The notes below the pieces were generated by a model. It was not told the origin of the DNA. It saw nothing but the letters and a program-made list of their open reading frames with translations, and ran no database searches. A stretch of 58,769 bases of DNA, filler included, from Sphacelaria rigidula (lineage: Eukaryota), in assembly GCA_964200075.2 (NCBI GenBank). It is 10 parts of 10 records of this genome, joined end to end, with 100 filler letters (N's around TTAATTAATTAA, not from the genome) between each part and the next. Parts side by side here need not be neighbours in the genome. Positions count along the whole stretch, not along the records: positions 35,323 to 41,109 come from CAXNAA020024474.1; positions 41,210 to 46,996 come from CAXNAA020024475.1; positions 47,097 to 52,883 come from CAXNAA020024476.1; 7 more parts are not named here. One strand, given 5' to 3'. The translations under genes and the position numbers were made by a program. Positions 38,337 through 51,224 of this stretch are shown here, in pieces (within the stretch, counting starts at the first letter, position 1; each line of letters starts with the position of its first letter).

Positions 38337-39975
38337 TTGTCGACGAAATACTTACAGCTGGCGTCATTGCAGCTCTGCATTGCTTGCCGCGGCGTAAGCA
38401 CTCTACTAGTGGAAATTGATGGATCCACACCGCGCAGGCTATGGACCGATCCCGCCGAGCAATCTCATAGAACTCGAGTACCTTTGTTACGAGCACATAG
38501 CATCGTATGGATGCCGAGTGCTGACGCCGCAATCATGGCTTGCGATACCAATATCTTGGCCAATGTGCAAAACGTGTACTTTGGCAGGAAGTTTGACCGT
38601 AGTCTGGACCATGTTGTCTGGCCCCCAAAAGTCAGGAAAATTGTGTTCGGGGCCCATTGTGATAAAAAGTCAGCAGTGTTCAACAAACCCATAACGAAAG
38701 TGGTTTGGCCTTCTTCGCTGCAGCAGCTGACGTTCGGAACAGAGTTCAACCAGCCTATCAAAGGTGTAGCGTGGCCTGCGTCGCTGCAGCAGCTAACGTT
38801 CGGAACAGAGTTCAACCAGCCTATCAAAGGTGTAGCGTGGCCTGCGTCGCTGCAGCAGCTAACGTTCGGAAATACCTTCAATCAACCCATCAAGGAAGTG
38901 GCGTTGCCGGTGTCGCTGCAGCAGCTGACGTTCGGAACAGAGTTCAGGCAACCCATCGAGGGTATGGTGTGGCCTGCGTCGCTGCAGCAGCTGACGTTTG
39001 GATATTACTTCAATCAGCCCATCAAGGGTGTGGTGTGGCCGGCGTCGCTGCAGCGGCTAACGTTCGGACATTGGTTCAACAAGCCCATCAAGGAAGTGGC
39101 GTGGCCGGCGGTGCTGCAGCAGCTGACGTTCGGACCAAGGTTCAACCAGCCCATCGAGGGTGTGGCGTGGCCTGCGTCGCTGAACCAGCTGACGTTCGGA
39201 TTAAGGTTCAACCAACCGATCGAGGGTGTGTTGTGGCCTGCGTCGCTGCAGCAGCTAACGTTCGGAATGGCGTTTAACCAGCCGATCGAGGGTGTGGCGT
39301 GGCCTGCGTCACTGCAGCAGCTGACGTTCGGAGATGGGTTCAACCGACCCATCGAGGGTGTGGATTGGTCTGCGTCGCCGCAGCTGGAGACGCTCGAATA
39401 TCACTTTAGCCAGTCCATCGAGGGTGTGGCGTGGCCTTATAGCGGCTGACGTTCGGAGATTGGTTCAACAAGCCGATGGAGGGGGTAGCGTCGCCGGCAT
39501 CGCTGCAGCAGCTAACGTCGGGAAAATCCTTCAACGAGCCTATCGAGGGTGTGGTGTGGCCGGCGTCGCTGCAGCAGCTGACGCTCGAAGATCGTTTTAA
39601 CCAACTCATCGAGGATGTGGCGTGGCCCGCGCTATTACAGCGGCTGGCAATCGGAAGTAAGTTTAATCAGCCGATCGAGGGAGTGGCATGGCCCGGGTTG
39701 CTACAACGGCTGAAGTTCGGAAATAGCTTCAATCAGCCCATCGAGGGAGGGGCGTGGCCGGTGTCACTGCAGCACCTGACGTTCGGCCTTGCCTTCATTA
39801 AGACCATCGATGGTGTGACGTGGCCTGCCTCGCTGCAGCAGCTGAAGTTAGGAGATAGCTTCAATAAATCCATCGAAGGAGTGGCGTGGCCGGTGACGCT
39901 GCAGCGGCTGACGTTTGGCCTTGTCTTCAATAAGCCCATCGAGGTTGTGGCATGGCCTGCCTCGCTGCAGCACTG
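38337..39975 (+). pseudogene. FNIP (IP22-type LRR-like) repeat protein, about 20 x 22-aa repeats, intronless, frameshift near 39437
   Basis: 66-bp repeats encode FNQPIEGVAWPASLQQLTFGxx. A deletion of about 7 nt plus a TAG in repeat 12 splits it into ORFs 38337..39449 and 39476..40030. The N-terminus upstream is also disrupted. Confidence 0.9.
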
Positions 39976-41209
39976 GTGCAGGTGGACTGCAAGAGTGTCG
40001 AGGAATTCCTTATTTCTACATTTTGGCTGATGCACGGATGGGATATGACGGTCCACGATCCAAGCGAGATATAGAAATATCTGGGATTTGCTCGAAGTCA
40101 AGAGTTCGAAAACGCGATCACGAGGGGTGATCAATGATGGCGGAGGTNNNNNNNNNNGTTCGCCGTCGTTGGATTAGTACGCTTGACTTGAGTATCGGTT
40201 TGAGTCATGGCTTTCCTTTGATTGTCTTGATGAAATGATGGCAAGTTAAAGCATTGAAGCTCTGACGGCGGGGAGGCATGCGATGCATACGTTTTTTACG
40301 GTGTTGCATAAGCAAGAGGCCAGGTGCCAGGTGCATTTTTGACGTGTTGGATGCTTATTTCCTTTTACCGTGAGGATGATTTATCATTCGGCTGTTGCAC
40401 TCCGTTGTGCAGGTGTTGAACGTACAAAGAGTGCATTTTGCATGTTGAGAAGTACCTCGTCTCGGATGAGAGGGACGATGGGTCACGAATGCTCTGGAAT
40501 TTGACGTTGATTGTCATTACCGGTTTTGAGCCGGTGAAGAGTCAAGAGACTTGTTTTGGGCGAAGATTTGAGATTTTGGCGCTAGCTATCGCTATGTAAC
40601 TCGAAGTGGTGCAAGTAGCGTGATTGCATGTGCATGATGGACGACATTTTTTGGGGTCTCTTGCGAGTTGTTCGGGACAAGCTTGTATGGAGCTGTTGTC
40701 GAAAGCAGCGGAAGAGATTGTATTTCTTTGCGGAAAACGACGGTACTATCAGACACCAATGATGCCTGAGTTTATCAAGCTCTGATATAACTACTTGTTG
40801 GTAGCAGAGAGCTTTAGAGTTGCTGTAGACTCTAGCCACCATTGTTACCTAAGGTTAGGGACATTGTGTAGGTGGAGTTGCGGGTCTGATTGCCGGACTC
40901 TGAATGTTTTATGGGTAATTACGCAACTTTCGAAGGTTGTTGTTTTTCTTACTTATTTACTTTTTTCACCATTTTTCGGGGGTCCCAGTTTTGGGGGGGA
41001 AATCTCGATCCAATCGGACCCCCGTAAAACGCGTAAAACGGTAACGATAAATAAAAGAGTCATCCTACGACAGGGGGGGGGGTATTTGGTTGCACGAAAA
41101 AAGAGGCTCNNNNNNNNNNNNNNNNNNNNNNNNNNNNNNNNNNNNNNNNNNNNTTAATTAATTAANNNNNNNNNNNNNNNNNNNNNNNNNNNNNNNNNNN
41201 NNNNNNNNN

Positions 41210-41746
41210 AGCCGGCAGGCGTTCTCCCGCCTCTGATATCGTCTTGTCCACGGACGATATATAGTCCCCCACGAACAGCTGGAGATCTTCCAACCCGTAC
41301 GTATCGTCTATCATTTTGTGCACGCCGCTGTTCACAGCAATCGGAATCGAAAACATCAAACGTCGCACCACACGTGGCACCACATTCTGTGACAGGTCGA
41401 CTAGTGTGCAGTGATACTTACGCATACGGCGGCGCATTCTTACGTGGTCTCGATATAGACGGAGCACCTTAGCTCGGGCGGCGGCCGGGCTACAGATTAA
41501 CGGCACTCGCTCCTGAAACCTGTCCGTCCAAGCAAGACGAGGCACCACGCTCTCGATCCTCTCCACCAGGTTGTGCTCGATGCGGGCGTTTTTGGTGATC
41601 CGATCGTAATCTTTCGGTGTGGGTGTCATCTTGTTCGCCCTCGAATATCTGTCGTGGCACGGTCGAAAATCGAGGATAAATGTTGTTTGGGTACCGTCCT
41701 TGAGATCTTTCGTAAGCATCGCGATACATTCAAAATAAAGACACAT
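41210..41746 (-). CDS. Hypothetical intronless ORF (at least 179 aa, runs into the contig end)
   Basis: Open frame with globular, protein-like composition. No motif recognised. Confidence 0.4.
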
Positions 41747-44700
41747 CTACACTCTCCGCCTGTGAAATGTGGCCTCGCTCATCCTCGAAAACAGCCATCT
41801 GCAATTCGTGACCTCCGGTGTTTACACGGAACGGTATCGTCCTCCAGTGATTCTGGTACAAAACACTACGATGAATGAGTTCGCACATCACAGCCGGAGA
41901 ATGCTTTTGTATTCTAATTTCGAAACCTTTTCGATGTTCATGAAGGTTCCCGAGGTTCGTCCTCTACCAAAAATACGATCTTCAATTTTGAAATTAGACT
42001 GCTTCGAGCGGAGGGGGGGGGGGGCATGTGTAGTTATACCCTGGAGAATTGGTCCTGACGGTCCATCAAACAGGACACATACCACATGATACACTCTCGT
42101 CATCCTTCGGTGCGGCGAATTAATGAAAGATAGCTCGAGATTATCACAACAAGCGACTGGATGTACCGGCGGTGCATACCTTACGAGCATATTGACGGCG
42201 ATCGATTGCGCTGCGGATTCGGCGTGTAGATCGTCGTAAGCATTGTTCTTCAGGTACGTCAGCGAAATACATTTCGATACCGGGGTCCGACGTCTGGAAC
42301 GCCCAAGCAATTGCTTTCATTGATTCCGGTGTAGTGGTGAAGCAGGCCTTTCACCAGTGCCGCATCGTCACTAGCGACAGAGAATTCAAACCCAGCTGTT
42401 TTCGGTGACGGGGGGACACCAACAGGCCGTGGAGAAAAACATATAGCAGATGCGGTGAAATCGAGTCGGTCATTTCAGCGTCCGTGGAAGTTCAAAATGA
42501 TCCATAGTACCGTACACAACTTCTCCCGACTGAACAGAATATCGGTACCCCCCCCCGCTCCAGAGCGGCAACTTCACTGCGACCGTCGTGCGTGCTGCAT
42601 TACATATGTGGTCGAGGTCTGTCGTGTTCGCTGCACACTGGGTTGTTTCTCGGCGTATGAGCGGGTGAGAGATGTAGTACACGCGTCGTAAACCCTCCGG
42701 CAATTAGTTTACAACAATACAAGCGGACTTGACTCGGTGCCGAGATGTAACATAAATAACCCGCGGTGCCATGTGATACAATACGAATTTAGACTTCACC
42801 CAATACCCACTACCGTCCCCGTGTAATGCAGACCCGGATTTGTAGTACCCCGTCTTTCACATTCCATTACTCACGTTCGTGAACTCCTTTGCTGTGTGCT
42901 CCCCGTAACGGCATCACTTCCCGTCCTCTCCTGGACCGACGTTATGAGCCCAACGTACATGTAAAGCTTGTCGTACGTGTTGCGGGGTGACAGAGTCTCG
43001 CCGACATCGTTTAAAGCTGTTCGAAGGCAGGCAGGCAGCAGCAACGCCTGCTCCTTCACTGTTGTGGTATGCAGGCTGCAGGCGGCGGTGCAGTGGATTG
43101 TGTAAGGGGTGGGTGGGTGGGGAGGGGAGGGGTAGAGCGAGGGACAGCGGGAACATCCTAATATTGCGGTTAGTTGAAGGTCACGATCGGTACATGTTAC
43201 CCACAAAGCCACCTGTACTCGTAATTCGACCACGTATCTGGGTCATATCACTCTCGCATGTGTACTGATAAGCCATGTTTTTCGATCACACCTAACTTTG
43301 TAGCTAGTACAACGGTATATTTCTCTCGAGCTCCACTTTCGGTACAATGGTGACCAATTTGCCGCGTGTCAGGTGCTATACCGCTGAAACAATCCCACCA
43401 GTCAGGCAGGTGAAGAAAACTAAATATTCCGGTATTTGTCGACATGTGTCCCATTCCCTGATCACGCTTCGGGTGCACATGGCCACTTGCACTAAGAATC
43501 ACAGGATATGTCGCGACATTCTGACGGTCAGGGCACGTTGAATTGTGGTCTCCTAAAGATTGATCCAAACGCAGAACAGCGCCAACTTCATCGTTGCTGT
43601 CTAAACAAGACCAACCCGCCCATGCTGTCATAAACGTATTGGCATCGCCTACCCTCAAACACCCACTTACCAGAGGAATTAGTGTGGGGAGTGCGTTCAT
43701 GCCTATTACAGAGGCGGGCCGCCTCGTGTTCGCGACCTCGGTTGAACCCACGGAGCGGAGCATCGAATCATACGGGCATACGGGCGGCTTGACTCCAAAA
43801 AGAACGAGAGCGCGTGCCGTACCAGAAACCCGGTAAAAACATGGGGTCGATGTATGTTTATGACGGCTTGGTGTGTAATTGTTTCTTCACAAGAGCGTTT
43901 GCTGTGTCGAAGAACCTCGTTGAGAACGCCAAGAGGTACCCGGTGCTCCATCGGTGTCGAGAACCACGTGAGTACAGTATCTTATGTCTCGTCGCCAAGT
44001 TGGGGCAGATGTGTGACGACCGCTGTCGTGTAGCAAAGCGAATATATTATCATGTGGATTTTAAAATATACGGCGGTTCTGTACTAGGGGAGCGCGACGT
44101 CAAAAGGGGAGGTTATATGAACAGCCGGAGAGCTCAAGAAGTCAACCATTTGTTTTTGAAAGTAAAGACTCCGCTCGCAGTCGTTCGGGTGTACCTGGCC
44201 CTTCTATCGTTGCCAGAAGAGCTTCACACTGTCTGTAGTGTAGCTGGGAAACACGAAGCAGATACATCAACAGCGTGCATGCAACAACGGAAACTGAAAG
44301 GTGCTCGTTGAAGACATACTGTTCCATACTATACTGACTTTGCGTGCACTTGACTGCTGGCTCAAAACCGGTCAGGGACGTTCCTGTATTGTTGTCTTTA
44401 CATGGGTCCTACATTCACGTGTCGCAAAAATTATATCCACCTATATAGGTGGGTCCTTGTTTCCACCGTATCCTTTTCTTAACTCGGGAGCCCACATGTT
44501 TTTAATCAGCTGCCCACTACGCATGTGTGCACACATAGTGAAGCCTTCACGTGTAGTACCGTGGTGCAGGCAGTAGTCAGTAGCCATATCCTTTGCATCT
44601 GCATCCACTGCTATGGATGTGCAGCTGCATATGAAGACGATTAGTACTGTTGTGTTGTATTGGCAAAGCACAGCTACCTACTGTGCTCGCGAGTACAACC

Positions 44701-46516
44701 CGTGCTGTAACCTGGTAGAGTACAGCCTGTACTGGGACATGCAGTAATACAAGATAGCAAATACAGACTACGGCTGTGCCGTGTTTGCGAAATATAGCCT
44801 ATAGTTGTAGTGTCGTACTGCTCGCAAAATCCACGGCCTATTTCGTGAATGCTCTTGCCTGCTGCAACAACCTGGCACTGATCGTACAACTTTTATACCG
44901 TCAAGTCTACATCGTACAGAATGTATCATGCCCATCATCTCGAGAAAACAATTGTCATCATCCACGGCACCACCGGAGGATGACAGATCGAAGAGGGAGT
45001 TTTCCGTCGTGCTCAACGTTGACTTGTGCTGGCTGGACTTCGATACTCCGTCGGTCCTCTTTGCGGTTGTTTCTGCTGTATACACTCATTCAATTCGTCT
45101 TGTCTGCTACGTACTTACCGTTTCCTTTGAATTGTGCAATCATTTGTAATGGACGTTCAGAGTGGGAGGGAGGTTAGGGGTTGCCATTCCGGCCCAGATG
45201 TTAATCATCGAGGGATTGAAGTCAGGGCCGATAGATTGATGAAGGTAAGACATCTCAGGTGCACTCTTTGCCCACGGCGGCGTGCTCACACGCACTTGTT
45301 TAGTTGGTTTCTGGACGGGAGGCCCTGATCCCAACAAATTTAATTCAAGAAATGTCCAACATGGCATTATCCAACCCAGTCCACATGCGGTTTTGTCGTG
45401 CCACATAGGCACATGGAACATCTCTAAGGTTATCTGCACAGTGGCCGCAGGCGGCGCATAGGCAATATGCGCAATTTATGCGCATGATATGCCCACTAGG
45501 CCTTTCACAACCTAAAGTAAGAGTCGTTAAAAACACAGAATTAGGGCGCAAAAATCGGAATTACGCGAAGCCTTTGGCGCACACGAGAGGCGAAAGCCAA
45601 AATATTATTGCTGAATTGGGTTTCTCACCGTGATGCGCTCGAAACACCCTACTCGTGGGAGTCAGAGGGTAGTTTCAGATTCCGAGTGGATGATCTAGTG
45701 TTCCGAACAGGGAACGTTTTTTCTTTTTGTTTTTTCGCTTGAGCACACGTGCTGTGCATGCAGCTACCGTACAGCACCCCATTCGAGTATTTCGGCGGTC
45801 TGGTTGGTGAGATACTGCACAAAGCATTTTTACGCCTGGGGGGGAGCATTTCGGAACTAAAACTGTTTCAGGCACCAATCGGTTTTTCTTGAAGGAGGGG
45901 ATCTGTTGTTGTAATTGACTGACTACATAGTTGCGATTTTTGTTTTTGTCGGGACAGAGGTACGAGCCCGGTAACACTTCGATCCCCGACGGTGTTCATA
46001 GTCTTCGATTTCAATTCAAATTGCTGGACCGTAAACTACCCCTTGGCGCATCTAGAAGACGATTTCGGAAATTGAGCACACTTTTTACGGAGGAATAACC
46101 GTAAGAACGCCACAAGCATCAAAACATTTTCGCAATAAAATGACAAATGCACTCTCCGGCTGTAATAGGTGGCGTCGCTCATCACGGGAAAAAACGTCGG
46201 CCATTTGTAAAATCCCGTGTTTTTCAGGGGAGTCTGGCAGTGTGAGAGACAGGAAGGACTGAAGGGTGAACTTATTCCGTGTGAGTACAGGATTTCACAA
46301 ATTGCAAACGGACTATTGTTTAGGAGGATCATGCCCTCACCGACATTCGCAAATGACACAAAAAGGGACCCTCGAGTCTTTCAGCGAAACATGGAGGAAA
46401 GAATGGACCGCGCTAAACGCAGGTGTAACAGGTTTTCGTTTGTGAGAGGTGTCATGAACTCTCACCAATGTTTCCAACTGCCGCTGTGCTCGTTTTCACC
46501 CTCTATTTCTCGACAG

Positions 46517-46672
46517 CACGATATCGGCGGCGCAGTGTATGTGGGCCCAGGGGTGCTCCGGTCGAAGCTACCGGCCGACACGACCCCACCGGCATTGCTG
46601 ACTCCTGCCGCCGGTACTTCTGCTGAAGAGGTCATGAAGACCGCCGTGCAGCCGTTCGGATATACAGTGGAG
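46517..46672 (+). CDS. Probable internal exon of an unknown gene (52 codons, phase 0-0)
   Basis: Pyrimidine tract plus ACAG acceptor, GAG/GTGAGA donor, and a GC-rich open frame HDIGGAVYVGPGVL...QPFGYTVE. Confidence 0.5.
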
Positions 46673-47096
46673 GTGAGAGTGCTTCGGGCGACCCAAACGG
46701 TGTTCATATCGAGTCTTGTTTACTTTCTTCTTGGCCGTTTGAGGGTCGCACAGTGAGGACAAGGTGGTGATCAGGCTAGCGGGCACATACGCACCAGTTT
46801 TGTTCTTGCATATTTCTTGACGCATTTGCGAGTCAAATATAGTTTCCCTGTACCATACAAGAGGGTACCCCAAACTGTACGGGCCCATCACCTTGCCCGG
46901 ATTTTGGCTTTGTATCTTTGTACTATATTTCTGAGTGATGCTACGGTAGGGGTACAGAAATAATTTCTGAGGTTAGAATTGTTAGGAGCCCCTTATNNNN
47001 NNNNNNNNNNNNNNNNNNNNNNNNNNNNNNNNNNNNNNNNTTAATTAATTAANNNNNNNNNNNNNNNNNNNNNNNNNNNNNNNNNNNNNNNNNNNN

Positions 47097-47286
47097 TTTA
47101 TCGCGTGAGGGGCTCAGCGGTCCCTTTCCCTCGTCGACCGTTAAGTCGAATTTTGTGTACCCACGACATAGCCGCTCTCCACTGTTGGGCATGGGGTGAG
47201 AAAAGATTCCAGATCACTCCGGGAATTGAACCCCCCTACTCAACCATCAGAAGGTACGAGGTTACCAACTGAGTCACCGGGGCGAC
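47097..47286 (-). mobile_element. tRNA-derived SINE, 5' half with tRNA-like head
   Basis: The minus strand reads GCCCCGGTGACTCAGTTGGTAACCTCGTACCTTCTGATGG...GGTTCAATTCC, with A and B boxes. Confidence 0.78.
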
Positions 47287-48858
47287 CGGCTAGATATGGT
47301 CTCAAATACTCTACTCAATTTTTGAGTTCTGTAATATCCTCTGTGAACGCCCCGGGGGGCGCGTGAAAATCCGGTCGTCAGAGGATCACCCAGGGGTGTT
47401 CTCAAAGGTAGAGGGGCAATCTTCCGAAAGAAAAAAAAACACCGCGGGGCGCCGGCGATTTTATTGGGCAAATAGAATACCCCGGGGCGAAAAAGCCCCG
47501 GGACTTTTGGACTTTTATCGGCACAACATCCACAGCACGTCTACGCGGACCTCTCTCGTTTTGGAACCCATGACGTCGGGCCTCAACGCAACAGTAGTGA
47601 GCGTAAGATATATGTAAAATCCGTAATTTCTTAGTTTATCAAAGATTGTCCAAATTTGTTTTGCTTGCCACCGCTCATCACAGTGACTGTTGGGTGCCAA
47701 AATATGGGCGTCCGGCGATATTTGAATCCTCTTGACAAATATTGATGAAAAAATCGTCCGATTAATTATGAGTGACTTACGGGCTCGACCGATCTTCGGG
47801 GGTAATGTGCGGCTTGGGAGAACCTCAACTCCGTACTATGGGGATCATCGTACCACATGGTGTTTGAATGGTGAGACATCCATGAGGCAGTGTAAAAGCC
47901 GTGGCTGTCTCTGGAACTGGCGATACCACAAAATAAAGCAACTCATTGTAGGCTGTCATTCAACTGCAAGATGAGCAGTAGGCTTCGGGCCGAAATATCT
48001 TGGCAGGATGCAGCTCACCCTTTATGCGACTCGCCGAACACACAACGGCGCTTCACGCTTGGTAATTGGGTGCGAGCCTGGTCCGGCGAAAACCCTGCGT
48101 GCTTCGTCCCGACTTTGTAGGGATGCGAGTTGAACGGTTTTATGACAATGATGATCAGTACACCCAGGGGTCACGCCGTGGTGACAAAATGAACGTACAG
48201 TACCCGATACAAAAAAAGTGTAACACTCGCTGAAGGAAGAAGCGGAAAACAGAAACGGTAAAACAGACGGTAGACGAAGAACATAGCACCCCAAAAAATA
48301 GGGGCACAAACTAGACAAGCCTAAATAGACGTGACCGACCTCTGCCACATAGCTTCTTGAATCGAAAGCACACACTGATACCCAATCGTATAAACAAAGC
48401 CGTGGGAACAGATTGCGGCTCTTCTGTTTCAAACCCGTGATTCGAGTACGGAGCTCTCATCCATGAACCCTGAGGAAGCGAGGCACGAAACTGCTGCTTG
48501 CAAACACCGAGAGGAAAGGATTTACGGAGAAAGCAAGACACGGGAAATGAAGGGAATCATTTGAGACTACAGAAGTGATGAAACTCAAAAGGACAGTATG
48601 GTGGACCGCTGGAACTACGGGGTGTGAACTGTCTTCTGTTCCACCTTTACTACACACTGTGTTGGGATCAGACACGGGCGCGTGAAAGAAGCGTACCGGG
48701 ACGTGCGGGGTGCACATCGCGAGGGGGGAAAGTCACAGTCAGGAGAAGAAAAATCGCACCAGCCCTCTTGGTCACACATGCGCTCGAACAATCGAACCCG
48801 AGCAACCACATGTGATTAAACACGACTTCTCTCGTGGAGAGTATCCTGCAGCAGTAGC

Positions 48859-49198
48859 GCCCCGGTGGCTCAAGTGGTAACCTCGAAACCTTCTGATGAC
48901 TGGGTCGTGGGTTCGACTCTCGAGGCGAGATGGGATGTTTTTCACACAATGCCCAACAGAGAAAAGCGACTATTCCGTGGGTACACAAGCGTCGACTGGA
49001 TGGTCGACGAGGTGAAGGAACCGCTAAACCTCTCGCGTTAAAAAAAAGGCAAGCACCGCAGAAGGATGGTGAATAATTGAAAACAAACAAAAATAACTCT
49101 TGTCTTGACCTTCCAGCGGTGTGACCCCGGTTGGTGCGCCCACACATGCTGAAAGGTGTATACTGGCATGCGGAATTGATGAGACGAAAACACACACC
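48859..49198 (+). mobile_element. Full-length tRNA-derived SINE (about 340 bp) with a CA-rich tail
   Basis: Pol III A box TGGCTCAAGTGG and B box GGTTCGACTC. The body is shared with four other copies and ends in ACACACAC. Confidence 0.82.
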
Positions 49199-49265
49199 AA
49201 AAAATACTAGAGTCATCATTATAATGGTGACAATGGTGATGGTTGTATGAAGAATTGGATGATGG

Positions 49266-49507
49266 GACAGTTTCTACGATAGCTTCCCCCCAAAACCCGC
49301 TAAAAAAAGTGTCACGAAAAAAATGGCTATACAGCACCTGATTTTCGGGTTCAGGCTGCAGCGCCTCATATTGGCGACATTGGCTAGAACGACCCCAAGC
49401 GTGGGAATTCTCAGTTTCGTGCTCGGCTTTTCCCATTTCGATTTACGTGAAGATTTTGCCTCCCTCAACCACGCACTTTTTGCGGGGGGGCTATCATAGA
49501 AAGTGTC
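49266..49507. mobile_element. MITE, same family as 30255-30504
   Basis: GACAGTTTCTACGATAGC...GCTATCATAGAAAGTGTC. Confidence 0.78.
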
Positions 49508-49760
49508 GAGGTTTCAAACCATTATTGACTGTTACCGGCTTTATAAACCGTTACCAGCTACGTATGCTACATACGGCCCTTAAAAATTGGCCCAAATTTG
49601 ACATATATTTCAGCTCTAGTGGAATTAAATCGCGTTTAAACGTGCCTCCGCACGCCCTCCGACGGGGTCCACTCTGCCGGGCGGGGACTTTTCGGCCCGC
49701 GCCTGCACCGCTCGATGACCAAATCATCATGTACCATTTAACTGGTTGATGAGTGCGCTA

Positions 49761-50593
49761 CGAGTGAGGCGGACTTGAAGTTTGAAGGCCCATGCTCCCG
49801 CCAATATTTAGAGTTGGACCCTGAAATTTGGTATGGACAACGCATAAGGCATGAAAAAAATTACAGCGGCACCCAAAGTTTTTTATTGTTCATGAGTTAA
49901 GGGCATTTCACCGATACCTGAAAACTGATGATTGGCCTTACCCATGAAGAAATGAAAGAACTTTGGGTGCCGCTGTATTTTTTTTCACCATGCCCTATGC
50001 ACTGTCCATACCAAATTTCAGGGTCCAACTCTATATATTGGCGGGAGCATGGGCCTGTAAAAAGCCGGATCGGTAGAAATTCTGAACAGTATTCCCGCAG
50101 GCCTCTCACCGGCCCATGTTTGGTTTTCGTGTATTCAAACTTTGTGTGGGCGCTCTCTAAGGAACGATTAACAGAGCAAAGTGGGTCAGGTTGCTTTTTT
50201 TTCAATTTTGTCACTGGTATAGGGCGTTCTACTATATGGTAACGACCATCCCTTCACCAGAACGCCGTAACCTCTGTGAAAAGAAATATATATATGAAGG
50301 CCCATGTTTTTTTATTCTTTCGTAGTTCTCCACACCAAAATTCATCGCCATCCGCGAAATGCATCGATCGGGGGTTTTGTAGAGGTTTTAGTATTGGCGC
50401 TATCTCCGTTAGGTATCGGAATTACACGACACGGGGTTTAATCAGCGAGAAAATATGGGCCCAAACTTTTGAGCGGCCGCGCCTTCCCCTTGGTTGGACG
50501 ATTAATACGATATGCGGATCATGGCCCAACTCGTCTGTGTCGACGAGATATTGCTTTTAGAGCTTGAATCCGTTTTCAGGCTGGCCCAGCTCG
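49761..50593. mobile_element. Second copy of the CGAGCTGGGCC-TIR element (left TIR partly deleted)
   Basis: Collinear with 22385-23224, including the internal hairpin. Right end AGGCTGGCCCAGCTCG. Confidence 0.78.
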
Positions 50594-51224
50594 TGTAGTA
50601 ATTTCTTCGTAATTGGCGATATTCTCAGCTCCTTTCGCGTTCCACCGCTCATTATACTGGTACCCTGAAGAAACTAGTATCCGCTCCACATTACAATCAC
50701 AAAAAGCATCTGGATTCAATTATTGATTGTCGTACGGGCTGACCGGTCATCACGAGTACTGCCACTTTTCAGCTTCAGATTCTGACTCTTGGGTGTTTCC
50801 AGTCGATAGAGCCTATCCCGATCGTGGCGGGGACGAAATGAAAAAGCTTGTGCTTGTTTTTGCAGTTCTACCGACTCATTGCACTCGAGCCGAAAACAAT
50901 GTTTCACGGTCAAAGGTGCTGTATACTGTTTACCTTTCCCCCCTCAATCTCGTCGAACCGCAATTAAATTTTCGTCACCGAAGTCCAAGACATTCAGCCC
51001 AAGACACTGTGCACAGCACGGGATGTTGTGTATAGCTGCGTTCCACTCCTTGCTCTGAATGCTGGCCATTATTGAAGCGCCTCACTTTTTCGTCTTCTAC
51101 TCGCCACCACTGTAACTGCCCCTCCGCGCCCACCCGCCGCCTTTCTTCCTAGCTTCTCCTCTCACCCAACACATACGCTTTACCTGTCCCGCCGGTTCTT
51201 CCCCCATCCCACCGTAAACTTCAG

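Noticed and set aside
38679..39975. 66-bp periodic repeat with short variable segments as a CRISPR array or DGR target
   Set aside because: The repeats are in-frame protein repeats with only 6-nt variable slots. There are no cas genes, no template repeat and no linked DGR RT, and the variation is not adenine-specific.
38465..40134. Antisense and alternate-frame repeat ORFs over the FNIP gene, plus many other short ORFs in the track
   Set aside because: These are shadow ORFs of repetitive coding DNA or chance ORFs in palindromic repeats.
48859..48932. Functional tRNA gene
   Set aside because: The acceptor stem and arms pair poorly, and the head is fused to a dispersed SINE body.
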